Shown here: positions 26,647 through 39,700 of the stretch, piece after piece | How positions within the stretch are numbered: position 1 is the stretch's first letter | Layout of the letters: each line of letters opens with the position of its first letter | Source of the DNA: Ophelia neglecta | Taxonomy: Eukaryota | DNA: 64,000 nucleotides | NCBI GenBank assembly: GCA_965285935.1 | Contig: OZ260666.1 | Location: 66,836,001 to 66,900,000, forward strand | Direction of reading: 5' to 3' | Program-made: the position numbers and the translations under genes | Notes under the pieces: generated by a model | Told to the model about the DNA's origin: nothing | Seen by the model: only the letters and a program-made list of their open reading frames with translations | Databases searched by the model: none

Positions 26647-26795
26647 ACTGAGGGTTTCTGGAAGCTCGAAACGCAGACAATTTGGTCTTATTTGTTATCC
26701 TATTAAATGGAATCACCAATAAACGCAGTCTCAGCTAATCGGTAATAGCCTTATTTAAGCCATAGATTTAAACCGAATGCGGAAACAGGGGTCAG
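26647..26795 (-). mobile_element. MITE-like dispersed repeat, copy B (inverted relative to copy A)
   Basis: GGGTTTCTGGAAGCT terminus. ACAATTTGGTCTT and GTCTCAGCTAATCGGTAATAG are reverse complements of segments at 19440-19510. Confidence 0.55.
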
Positions 26796-29700
26796 GATTC
26801 CTCACTTACAAAAATCATCTAGCGTTATTTTATTTCTGCATTTGGTGATCACTTTTTAATATAAAAAACGATTTGAAAATCTAAAAAAAAAAGAAATGTA
26901 AGATGATCCAATCGCTTAAGGACCCGGCTAAAGCAACCATTCAGAACTGAATAAGCGACTGGACAAAATATTTCAGTATCACATAGGCCTATTTCCCTTA
27001 AATATTCCAGAGTTTCAAACATATAAATATTCCCCCTTGATATAAAAATCCCACTGAACATGGGTGAAATTAGCTTCAAGAAGCCACGAGTCATTGCGGG
27101 TGTTACGGCAAACGTATTGTGGAGGACACTGTAACGCCATAAGCGACGAATTCGTTAGAAGTTAAACCGATTTAAGAGCTTTGAAAACATGAAGATGCGC
27201 CGAAAGCAATGCAATAGTCCTAGTTTGCAATAGCGTGCTGAGAGGTAAATCTGCCTGCTGGCGAACCCAAAGTATCGTGTCGCATCCGAAATTACATTTG
27301 AGATGGCATATGGTAAATAAATTGAAGTACGTGTGACAACGGGCTAATTTGCAATGTAAAGAAGTCCTTAGCTGAGAAACATCTTTCGGCGGTAGTGGCG
27401 AATATAGCAAGAAATACCTTTTTAAAAGAAGTATATACACGAGAACAGCTCGATAGCGTTATCAAATACATTAGTCAAATTTTCAAAATTTTATTTTCTT
27501 ACTTGAGAACGCATATCATTATTTAGTTCTTTATTTTGCGGGACAATATTCCACAGTAATTTGCGTCTAAAATAATGCTGTCAAAAGACTGTGAAACTAG
27601 CAGAGCGAGTACCGTAGGACAAAGCCCGTGTACTTTATATATAAATAAAGCCAAAATAGCAACTCTGGTCCACCAAGCCCTGAAATGAGCGGATTAGACC
27701 CATTTTAAGCCATTGGAGTGTTCTGCTGCATAGTTGCTAAGACAGTGCAAACAGAATCTGCATATGAACAGTCCAAAGAAAGTCATCGACCGTATTTTGA
27801 CTCCACTAAAACTACTTGAAATCCTTCATTGGGGGATTCCACAAGTCCTCAAGGGGATTTTAAAGTATGAGCTTTCGGGTATCGAGTAATAATTCGAGTA
27901 GCTTTAATGAAATCTGGTGTTTCGAGTGTGAAAAACGAGTTTCTCCACCTTCAATTCTCGGAGATTCTGTCAGTGCGCCCAGCGAACAGTCGACGAAAAT
28001 GTGATTTCTGGAGTTTTTGAGTTCTTGAACATCAACGAGTCTTGTCAAAGTTATCAAACCACCTTTGTTTTTCATTTACCAATGATAAAAAAGTAATATT
28101 TGTAATTTATAATTTGTCACTGTATGACATTAGTATGAAGAATGGGTAATATATTTTGGTCTTATCTTATGGCACGTTGACGTTTAACATTACCAGACAT
28201 GATACCTGCGTATTCAGAGTTTATGCAATGAGGCCATCGAAGGATATATGTAACATGTCATAATCAGATGTAAATTACTAATCGCTATGGCCAACTAGGG
28301 TGATCAGTGATCTCGCAAAAAAGAGCAAAGACTTATAACAATACCTTGAAGAGGGTCCATGTACATCGGTAGCGATGCAGCGTATTTTCTGTTTCAAAAC
28401 TTTATCTGCATCAGGTCAACTGTCAACGGCGTAATTGCAGGTTTGAGCACTGCCATCAGTTTGTTTCAAAAGCACTCCCACTAATGTACTTCAAGATCAA
28501 CTGTGTTTATAAAAACGCCATTATTGGTCCTTTGTATTATCTACCCTTCTATATGGGTACCACTCAATGGAAGCGCCTGGCTAAGTATATAAGGACATTA
28601 CATTAGTCAAGGCAAGGACGCCATTAAGCCAGTGTTTTTGCACTTTATGTATCAGATAAAACGAAATTAGTTAAGCACCAGTGCTCTGATTCCAGAGCAA
28701 TGCACCTTCAAGGCCAGCGATAACGGCTTAATACCTCTACCGTTAATGCTGGCGTCTCAGGTGATTCATTACAAGTGTAAGTTGTAATCTGGTACTTCTG
28801 AAAAACACGGACGTTTCGCGAACAGGTAATTTCTGTAAACACAAGGGCCCTATATTTTCGACATGATATTTCGTTACTTATTAATGCTAGAGTACATTTC
28901 TACGAAATGTATTACTGCGCATGGCAATTTTCGTAAGCTTGAATATTTTTGGCCCACAGTTTTAATTGCATATTATGCGTGAATAGCCCGCATAAAAAAG
29001 ATTATTCCATCCATCTTTCTTCTTAAGAAGAGATGCCATTTAAATTGATTTTTCCCAGACTAAATGAATGACCAACCTGTTGATCTCTAGGGCCAATGCC
29101 GGGAAAATTTAAACCACAAGTACATCTACATGTGCATTATACTGCTTCAGGAATATATTCTACATATACCCCTGCGCTATTTCTGCTACGTCAGGATTCG
29201 ATAGTAACGATAATGTTAGGTTGGGCATTAATGTTGACGAGTAATTGCAATTAAAATATGGAAAGCTTACTGATAGAAAAATGTGTAGTAATTTTTACGG
29301 GATATTAGTTAAAAAGAGAACTAAAGTAACAGCATCTACAGTAGAGAATTATGCAAAAAACCACCTGTTTTTATTGATTTAATCAAAAAATTGATAATCG
29401 CTTATAAAAACATAATTGTGCATGGGGTCAATGACTGTGTCCTTACTGTCGGGGGAATAACACCTATATGTGTTCCACTACTTTTGGGTAAAAACGAATA
29501 AAACTGTTAAGCCTCGCGGTTTGTAATTTTGTAAGGTAAATTTATCGCACGGCCTCCCTCAAATAATATGTCTAATTGCTGAAATGCTTGTGGCCACATT
29601 TAGGCAGGGCATGTGCTATCATCCTGTCAGGTATTGAAACATTCGAGGAATTACCTTCGCATAGAGGAGGTTTTGGCCCGTCAGATAGTGAACATATGAG

Positions 29701-31131
29701 GTTTAACCCCTAAAACGGAACCTAATATAAAAGTAACAGATTACACAATTATATGAAGCTTGATATACCAGTTGTTAACCGGTCTTCGTATCAATTTTTT
29801 TTGTCTAAATATGTCCCAGGATGCATTGCCCCAACAGCGATATTCACTTTATCAAAAACTAATGATGGTGCTAACAACAAACACTTTCATAGTAACTGCT
29901 AGTTCGACAAGTATAAAAAAGAAGCCCACTTTGCTTTGTAGTTAATTGCACATATACAGATAGTTTAAAATGTTACTTCTTTTCATGCCATTTTAAAAAT
30001 CATTCTTTTCCTAAAACCTTAACCCTTAACAGCACAACACGACATTGAAAAACTGCTCTGGGTAAATTAACAGGGAAGTAAAGACAAAGTCATATTTGTT
30101 TGAATAACCCGCTGAGAAGTAAGGGCCTCCAGAACGCACGTGACAAACCAATTGAAAAGGCGTGGTGAAATGGCACTTTAAATTGATAAATATAATATTG
30201 AAATAAAAAGATTTACAGTAGCTTTCCCTCTTAAATATTCGCAATGATTTATTAGAATTAATAAATAAGACACCAACAGGTTAAAACTTAGCTCTTGATT
30301 GTTGAATAATGAGAGGCAAAGTACCTGTCTTGTGCAGATCATCATTACATTTAATAATGTTTGTCAATTTACACGAATAGTTAGAAATGTTATAACAAGT
30401 AAAACGTTGATTCTTGTCACCGACTCTGTAAAACATACACAATTAGCGCAAACGCCGTCATCATTCTTCAAATGGTTACATAGGCTATAAGTAAGACTGT
30501 TTGTTCCTTATACCAAACAAAAACAACTATACTTCAATATTGCAAAGCACAATAAGTCAGAGAACAGAATCAGAAATCATACAATAAAGCATTCCAAGAA
30601 GACTAATCCGTCTTGCAAATAATCTCCTCAAAGTTAATTTCAGCCCCCCCCCCCCCTTACCATATAAAAGAAAGGACAGATTTGAGTATTGCTTTGTCCC
30701 CGTAATCGTGAAAGACTGTTCCTTCAAATTGCTTCCAATTGTGATGGATCTGTTCTAGGACCTTGACGAAAGCCAGATACTTTCCCTTATTTGCAAACAT
30801 CAATTGGTGGCTAGCACCTAAGTCACTTTATAAGGGCACACCTAAAACGATTCCCTTCGCTGAAAGAAAATTTGTCCCCCTATAAATAACACTTTAATTA
30901 GACATTTATTGGCCAAATCACCCTGCTTGCAAGTCCATTTATGGTAAAAGAATATACTAAACAAATCCAAGATGACATCTGCTTCTAGCGAACATTTGTT
31001 TGATGTAGCTCCATTAAAAAGCTAATGGCTGACATTTCAAAGGAAAGGTTCCTGGTGGATTTAGTTATATACCACTCCCGTAACCAAAAAAAGGGATTTT
31101 CTTTGCAATAATGTAGACATTAAACTCTCAC

Positions 31132-31240
31132 CTGGCATATAATACTTGCAGAATTCTTCGGCAACAGGCTGGCTGTTTTGATCAACACAAGTCACATCCC
31201 TATGCCTAGCTCCCGTGCCACAGTCACTGGTGTTGGTAAT
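31132..31240 (-). CDS. Internal coding exon, partial thrombospondin type-1 (TSP1) repeat, THSD7/ADAMTS(L)/papilin-like extracellular protein
   Basis: Minus strand: pyrimidine-rich acceptor TGTCTCTACCTTGCAG | 109 bp encoding ITNTSDCGTGARHRDVTCVDQNSQPVAEEFCKYYMP(G) | donor GTGAGA. The CGxGxxxRxVxC...C motif is typical of ADAMTS/THSD7-type TSP1 repeats. Phase 0 start, phase 1 end. The provided ORF 31061-31363 simply reads through both splice sites. Confidence 0.85.
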
Positions 31241-33079
31241 CTGCAAGGTAGAGACATTAAGCATAAACAACACTTTTTGCTTTAAATGATTACCCCCATA
31301 ATATAAGGTACATACATTATATACAACCATACAACTTTCACACCGCTTGTCAAAATAATTCAAACGTATTGAGTGTGAGTATTTGTCATTTTCCTATAGC
31401 TTGTGGAATTCAATGAATCAGACGCAGTTCTGTTGCCTAAGTGAGTTACTTTGAGGAGGCGGCTAGGGTAAGTTTAGAAAGTATCATGCTTGTCGGGTGT
31501 CTGCGTTTTAATTCTTATAGCATGGTAAATAAATGCATTTATTCCGTAGACTTAAGCATGCGATGTTCAGGATAATGCCAATGACTGCACATTTAGGAAC
31601 AACCTCTCGATCATTCTACTGTTTGTTTAATGGCACATCTAAGGGCAAACTGCTGGCTCTCATGGAAGCGGCATATTGAGGAGAACACAGACAGCTGCAA
31701 TTGTGATTATTATGATATACAATGGGTTTGCATGACAGTCCCAATTCCGAAGCACAGTGTGCTATTTATCAGTGTTAGTGTATTACTGGTAATGAGAAGA
31801 GTCAGGCAATGTCACCTAACTGGTGTGTCCCTGGAGCAAAATAGACTACCAACAGTTGGAGATAATATTACTCTATTTATGTTCCTTAGCATGACATCTG
31901 CAAGACTAGCAAATTACTTACCCGTGTGGCTAATTATATCTTCATATGTCAGCATGTGTATGGAGCAATTGTTGCATTCTGGGGTGGACAAGCCATATTT
32001 TACTCTTGAATTAGTATTGTCAAAAATGGAATTTTTGTTTATCATTGTGGCCGAACACGAAAGTTTAAGCAGAGTTCGCCCTAGTTCGCCCTAGCTTTTA
32101 ATGTGTGTAAAGCCATTGGTTTACTCCAATATAAACACGTTACAGGTCAGTGGGAAGTTATATCGATAACAAATAGCTTGTGTGCCATTTTCTGTCCGTG
32201 AGACTCATAGGCGATGGCACAGGTATCCATTAAAGTTCGATATAAATAACAAGTAGCAAAGCCTAACATAACACTTATTTTGCAGGTTATGTCGCTGTTT
32301 ACAAAAGGAATATTAGAGAAAACGATTTATTTGAGCGCTCCGTACTAACAAGCAATTTCTTGAATAAAAATCAAAGATATTAATTATTGTATTCAAGTTT
32401 TTGGACACGTTATTCACCGTGAAAAACGACACATATTTGTACTGTTATGGAAAGAAGGGTATTTGTGAATAGTGTATGAAAGAAAGCTTAAGTGAAACAG
32501 CCCTGTTCTTCAGTCAATTAATAAAGGGAAGGGTATGATGAAAGGTGTACAATTAATGTTTATCACCTGGATATTCGTCCCATAAGTTTACTAACTTCCG
32601 ATGGAATGAAACAAGAATGGGCTGTTTGGGGATATCGCATAACTCCAAACTATGGTCATAATGGCCAGAGTCAAACGACTTTATGAAAGAGCACATTAAG
32701 GAAGATGCACCGAGGCATTAGTTGATGCTTGGATCACCTTGGGAGTCATGATTCAAGACACTAAAAGGGAATTATTACATTTTGTAAGCATAAAAGTATT
32801 GTTAGCCATTAATTTCGTAACATTTTGTAAAAAGTCAGTTTTATAAGACATCAACATGGCAAATACAGTGAATCGGAAATTAGCTGCGGCTCGTATTATG
32901 GAAACTCGTTTCTAACCTAACTCACATAAACTGTTAACAAATTTACTAATGCTTGGCAAAATGATAGGCATATGGCCTTATTTTTTAACTGAAATCAAAC
33001 CTGGCCAGTCGATGATGAACGAGATAGTTGGTAACCAGGCCTTTAATCATGTCTGAAACCCATGTGCATACGCCATTCA

Positions 33080-33110
33080 TATTCATAATCACCCATGAGC
33101 AAATCTAGAG
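33080..33110 (+). repeat. Short dispersed repeat (partner at 34451-34481)
   Basis: TATTCATAATCACCCATGAGCAAATCTAGAG vs TATTCATAACCACCCATGAGCCAATCTGGAG, 3 mismatches in 31 bp. Probably the core of an old repeat family. Confidence 0.6.
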
Positions 33111-34959
33111 CTATTTTCCCGAGTAGGTGATAAAACCTGAAATTTAAATGCTGTCCGCAATCCTCAATGGCCTATTTCTGCGTATTTTGCACTTAATGCG
33201 TTTCTATTCAAGACCGTTAGGCCATGATAAATTATATGGATAATATGTTTTCATACAAATTAATACGAAATGGCTTCCTTTTGTACCTAAGGTTAAACTG
33301 ATGTCGATTGTAACTAAGCATGCGAATATTGAATGATGACCGTGTCCATTTTAGTTAATGCAAACAAGGTGGTTTCTATGATATACTCGAAATTGCCCAC
33401 CTACACCGCGCCCAGGTGTGGTCATTGGTTATTTGACTGTCGTCAGTGTCATTTATTACGCTTTGCAAGCCATTGATCTATTTGCAATTTATTGAGAGGA
33501 AGCTTTTCTTCAAAAATTGTATAGATTATTCAACAATTGTAGTATATGAGTTTCCTATGCAATACCTAATTAAATTAAGAATTTTCTAACGAAGGCCTTT
33601 AGCTAAATAATGACTATATTTCCGATGCCATGCGTTTTACATTCACCGTTTCTAGTAATTTTCATATTGAAAATTCACATTTCATTTATTCGATAGCAGT
33701 AGAACCGAAGAAAAATTCCTGCCGAACCAAGACAAATAATGCAATTTGCAGTTTCCGTCCTATCTAGATTATGCCCGATTTAACTGATTTCCTCAAGGCA
33801 AAATGAATTCACCTTGCTTATTCCATATCAATGGCGCTTCACACCATCGGATTTTATCCGGACTACTGGGTCGTTTCATCAACCTTAGAGCGCCATGGCA
33901 GATGCCTTGCTAAGTGCGTTAAAAGCATTTTTGAGTACCCCATCATAATAAATAGAAAGGGATATACGTGAAGGGTTTCTCTTACAGACCCGCTGGTCAG
34001 TGTATGAGGAGGAGGTTAAATGAAAGGTTTCTAGGTGGAAATGTAATAAATAAAAGGACATGGAAGCTACATTCTTTAATTCGCTCAATGCAAAAAAAAA
34101 TAGCCTGACAGTCACTGATTGTTGTCAAGTATCTGTTGTTTCCTTTCTTTTTTTGTCTTTTATTAAATCTCTTTAACAAAGGCATTGCCAGTGAACAAAA
34201 TTTACCTAGAAAATACCGCATAATTTCTTTACTAACTAATTGTCGTTGTAAACATTTACACCCAAACTTGATTGCAAATGTTTCACACCAAAACCTGATT
34301 AGAACATTAAAGTCGACCCTTTGATGACTATTATATATCTTGTCAAATGTGAGATTCACTATACCAATTACATGACAGCCGACGGCATATCTATAAAAAG
34401 AACTAAAAATACTAAATTCATAACTTGAATCCATTTTTATATGCAATATGTATTCATAACCACCCATGAGCCAATCTGGAGTACGCGATACCGGTTATAT
34501 AACTACCGCACGCAAACCCGAACAGCCGCTTTTGCGGTTTTTGCCAATCATGCATTCTTTATTTGGGAGCCTTTTTTTTTGGTAAAATTACTTTGAAATC
34601 ATGTCTCAACTGAAACAAGTGCATATGTGAGAAATCGGCTTTACGAGTGTGTTATGTAAAAGAAATTATTTGCCTTCCTGAAGTTTGATTGCCGGCCAAC
34701 CAGTGCTTGGACAGTCAGTTATTCGCATTGCATATCCCTTTCTGCTATTAGTTATAATACTACTAACTACCTCTATTCGTAGAACACAATACTGTGTCTT
34801 GTGTCAACAAACAGCAAAGTCATTTTACCACAAAAAGCAAAGCACGTGATTATCGCCATACAACATCAAGTGAATGAATGTTGTGGTTATACTGCCTGAA
34901 ACACTTTCTCGCTTGTCTTTAAAACAAAACAGTATAAGGGATTTTAGTTGCGCTTGCCT

Positions 34960-35250
34960 TGCGTGTTAGAAGCACAACTTACATGGCGAAATAACCTTTT
35001 TGGCTAAGCTCGGACCAATTGGGAAGGATGTCATCACTGGCAGTGAGGAATTGCAATGCACATTGATCGTGCAGCTTACCACAAAGACACGCAAGTATCC
35101 CCATGTCGCTCTTGGATACAGGATATATTCCAGCCAGTTTCCAACGCATTGGCTCACGATACATTTATCACAGCTCTATGACACTTCTTTAGTAGCACAC
35201 GCCTTTCAGACAACTACTGCTTTGTCCCGATCTGAATAGCCCAAGAATCA
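34960..35250 (-). mobile_element. Possible degenerate CR1/L2-type LINE RT N-terminal fragment
   Basis: Minus strand gives a frameshifted LKACA and PMRWKLAGIYPVSKSD...ILPNWSEL, resembling LKxCA...PxxWKxAxVxPIxKxG...ISILPxxSK. Confidence 0.35.
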
Positions 35251-35879
35251 AATTGTATGCAAAGTCTCAGTCGAAAGTGGAGACACGTGTTTTTTTTAAT
35301 AACTGATGATATTTTTGGCAATGTTGGACGAACAAGACAAAATTTTATTTCATTCTGCGTGAAGCTACCTCTAAAATCAGGTGACACAATCCCATTCTGG
35401 GTAGCCTTAACATTATGAGAACTAATAGGAGCCTACTAGAAACCGCAAGGTAAAAGAACCGGTTAAAGGGGCCTTCTTAACTGAATATGACTGAAATATT
35501 ATAAAATGCATACCAAATTTAGCAAGCTGGGGAAAGGTCTATTTACACAAACAATCTCATGAATTGAGCAGAACATTTTTTATAGATCAGACGGAAAAGA
35601 CAGAATACCTTTTGTTATGGATGGTTCAATGTATCTGGTGTAGGAAAAAGATTACCAACATTTTACCAGCAATGCCATTTCTTTTAATATTACATGCAGG
35701 GTTAAAGATAGCCCATGAAGGTTCAATGACTCTCTTTTCGATTATTCGTGTTTGATTTTGTTGATATAGTTTAATATTTATGCATGTATATACTCCAATA
35801 ACCTTGATATGAGTGCTCTGATCCGCTCATCCCACGGACAAAGATAACGTGTGCCTGTTTTATATTGATACGAATTAGC

Positions 35880-36281
35880 AGCTTTAGCAGGTGTATGTGT
35901 TCAGGCACAATTAAAGCGCGGTGTAAAGAAACTCACAACCCACAATCATATGAATGCCTAGTCCATCGTTCACTGCCTAGGGCAGATATATTTTTTCTAA
36001 AGTTAAACAGTGACTCGTTTGTTCCTGTTGTTTGACTCACATCGGGGATAACTATTGATATTTTTGGGCCAGTAGCGGACTGTCCCTGGCTGAGTTAATA
36101 AAGTCGGACTGGTGACTTTGAATTTTCTTTTGGGTATCCATTCAACATTTGTATCTTGCATTATGAAACACGCTTTGATTTTGTACCCGAGACTTCTGAA
36201 AACATTAGGATTGTGAGGTTTCATATTTGGTATGCAAGGACATATTACACCTTTTTTATCTACTGCTTGGGAGCTGGTCAT
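35880..36281 (-). mobile_element. Possible Penelope-like linker/GIY-YIG remnant
   Basis: CIPNMKPHNPNVF...LLTQ...YPRCES then GCEFLYTA resemble the PLE linker (xPFVTTxNPxNPNI...LLxx...PRCxxC) followed by CxxC..YIG. Confidence 0.3.
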
Positions 36282-37834
36282 TGGGGGATGTGGGCCTGTG
36301 ACTCATGATAATTTCACACCATTTCAATGGACTATTCATGATTAATGATTTCGCTTTGTATGCCGAATATCCATTCACCTTTTTTTTCTTCTAAAAGGCA
36401 TCATTGAAAAATAATAAATTCTTAAAATATAATCAGAGCAAGAATAAAATGGAAAAATGAATGTGGGAGACGGGAGGTAATAAAATGGCGACTACTGTCT
36501 GTCTTCTTTATTAACCTGTCTATGCTTTATATCACAACTAGAAGAAAACTAGCATGCATAATCGAACCTGATGGAAATCTGCCAACTATCAACCTGAAAA
36601 AGCATGATTTTTGATGATTGAGATTGCCTGCCGAGGGTTTCATTAATATGCCTGGACCTAATTACACACCTTTTAGTTCAAAACGTTTTCCGTGTGAGAG
36701 TATTTGGACGGTCATCAAAAACTACGGCTATCATAAATCAGTCTTAGCAGGAAGGAAACATAAATCTAATTTTGAGAATCTCCGATGTAAGTCAATATAA
36801 TTCTGTCAAGTTTCAATCTCAATGGAGTCCACCGTGATATTTTTACATTTAAAAAGACTTATGACAAACCAAGATCCCATACCTATTATCCCTGAGAACA
36901 CTTGGGATCTAATTATTCGATGGTTTTTACCCACTGCACGACAATGCCTATGGTATAATGCCGCTAACAACCATTTCTAATACTCTAGTGTTTCCTATGA
37001 CTTTTACGCTTCATGTTTTTCTCAATACGACGTTGGTGATACATCATTGGGAAATGACTAGTTATGGCAAATGACTTCATATTGCAGCAGGTGTTTTTTT
37101 TTTGTATTGAAAATATGCATTGGTAAGATAACATTTTATTGTAGTTCTTTGAAACTCATCCATTTACAGCTGGTATTTTTGCTTGCACGACGATATGTTA
37201 AATAAACAAATACGGAGTTATATACTATTTATATATTATTGTGCCAAAATATTGTTGAAGCTTTCTTATTGCAGAGACATTTACTAACATTTGTCAGCCC
37301 ATAACTATTTATTCATAGGAGTGAAGGGTATACTTCATAATCACGGCTTTGAACAAGTAAGAACTAGAAACACATTTTTATTGTTATGCGGATCTTACCT
37401 AAGCTTATCCCTCACAAATGTAAATCTATTAAGCCTCGAATTAAAACTATCTATTTTTGAACATGATGATCCAAAACCCAGGCATAAAATCATAAATTAT
37501 ATTCGAAATGACCAATGTACGTGACAATTCTTAAACAAAGACACGTCACCAACTTAGGTTAATTACTTCAGTCTTGAATTCCTTGGCAACTATGAATATT
37601 GTTCATTTGCCACTGAAACAAACAATGACATCTCATTTGTAAATAATTCAAATGGGGACGTTCTTTAGGCACTCATACTAACCAATTAAGCACGTCTACT
37701 AGCCAACGAGAATGGACAGGTAGCGTTTGTTACTAATGGGGAAAGCGCATGCGTGTGGGAGCGGTGTATTACGATCATGAATATTTAGGATGATAACGTT
37801 GTTTACAATGAAAGTATTGGGATAAATCAATTTA

Positions 37835-38170
37835 GACTATTCACAGTAGACATATCAGGCATACTAACATGAGAAACAGCTGTCGTGAGACATTCTTTTT
37901 ATTAATGAATAGAAATATTATATCAACTGGCATGTGCAATAAAGATGGCTATCAATATATACTGGCCGGTTTCCACATTTTCTAAAAGTAACACAGAGAG
38001 CACCACTAACAAGTTCAGAACCATCTTCTTTATTGGTCATAAAGCGATAATATGTATCAAAATATAATACATTGCGTAGGTCCATATAGTAAACAAAAGG
38101 ATGCGATCAAATGTTTTTAATCAAATATTATGTATAAGTATCTGTTTTGACCCATAAACTTTCATGCGAC
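37835..38170 (-). mobile_element. Possible highly degraded LINE reverse-transcriptase fragment
   Basis: With frameshifts: FD*K(K)TFDRI, SLYDQ, PSLL and LFLML-YA-DM, collinear with FIDxKKAFDxV ... SPxLF ... LLYADD. Confidence 0.3.
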
Positions 38171-39379
38171 TCTCGGTTAGTCTGTTGGTCCATGCTATTT
38201 TCTCCTTATGTTAGCTCTTGCTTACTGGGGTATCTTACTTAGTAATACAGCACAGGAACAGGGTAATACTGCTTAATAGCAATTAATAACAAAGTCGAGC
38301 TGACATGATTTACGTTACGTATAAGCAAGTTCATCGAAGAGCCAACTGAATGGCCTTGCCTTTGACCATTTCAAAATTAGCATCTTGGTTTAGAATCAAG
38401 CATTAGCGCCATTGTTATAAAAGTGCATTATACAGATCTTAAAGCAATCAAACTTTTCGAACGTTTTCTTGGGATTGGGTCACTGTTTAGTCAACGTATA
38501 TCTTCTCGTTTTCTTTACATATCGGACAGGGAACAAATAAACTTTGATTAATATGCCAAACTAACATGGATTTCAAAGACATGAATCTCAATAAAAACAA
38601 TCACAAATTAAGATGGCCCTCAATATAGAAACAAGCGAATTTCGAATAGCCTGATTGTGCGGGAGATGATGCCAGACTTTCAAGGTGCGTGAACATTGCA
38701 AGGAATTCCATCAGGTTTTACGGGCAAAAATGAAACATCACCACAACGACAACGAAAACGACAGTGTCAAATGGGTCATAAACTCTAGCACACCACTTTA
38801 TTGTTCTTTAGATGAAACATAACTACTTGACATGGCGTATAACGGAAAAATTGAATCACCATTTTAAATAAACCAAATTCAATGGTAAGTTAGCCTCCTA
38901 TTATGTAGATAGCATCATATGAAAATGGGAATTAATCAATTGTTCCTAAATTCCTAAGTATTTTTTGCACAACCGACAGTGTTCTGTTCGCAATATATAT
39001 ATGGATATTTCTAGATACTGAATGCAACCATGGACAAAATTATAATAATTATCTGGGAGTTTTTATTTGGATGTATTAGAAAAACCATGCATGTTACAAG
39101 CAGAGATGTTCATTTCATAATTTGGACTGTTCGGCATTAATCTTCGTGCTGTCATCTACTGATCACCTGCTTCATCGAAGCGATATACATATTCATTGCT
39201 TAGCTTGAGACTCATGCATCCTGTCTCTTGTCATATTTGAAGACACCTTATACCGTTCGTACATCTCAAACTACACATATTTCATTAAAGTAAATAATTA
39301 TATGTCCCATTAAACATGCCTAATATACAATTATTCCTCATTTAAACACACCAGAAAGCGGGATACGATATAATAAGAT

Positions 39380-39700
39380 AATTAAACGGAAAGAATGATT
39401 AGATTCAATTTACATCGATTTCAAAACGCTCCTCAAAAAGATTGACAATGGCTACTTAATTTATATCCATATCCAGTATCAACACCCGGTGCAACAAGAA
39501 ATGGGAAAAATTCAAAATATCTTTTCATGTTTAAAACAACAATTTACCATCAACTGGATATGGAGACGCACTTCAAATATTTTTCCAGCCATTTATAAAC
39601 AAGACATTGCATCCAATTTTTGCACTGCCGCTTGCTGTTAACATAGACATGGTGTTTTTTTACTTTCCATCACAAAATTTAGATTTTAAAAATCCAAATG
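39380..39700 (+). mobile_element. Possible degraded CR1-type RT fragment
   Basis: LNGKN-LDSIYIDFKTLLKKIDNGYL resembles GxxVDxIYLDFxKAFDKVDHxxL. Downstream motifs are weak. Confidence 0.4.
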
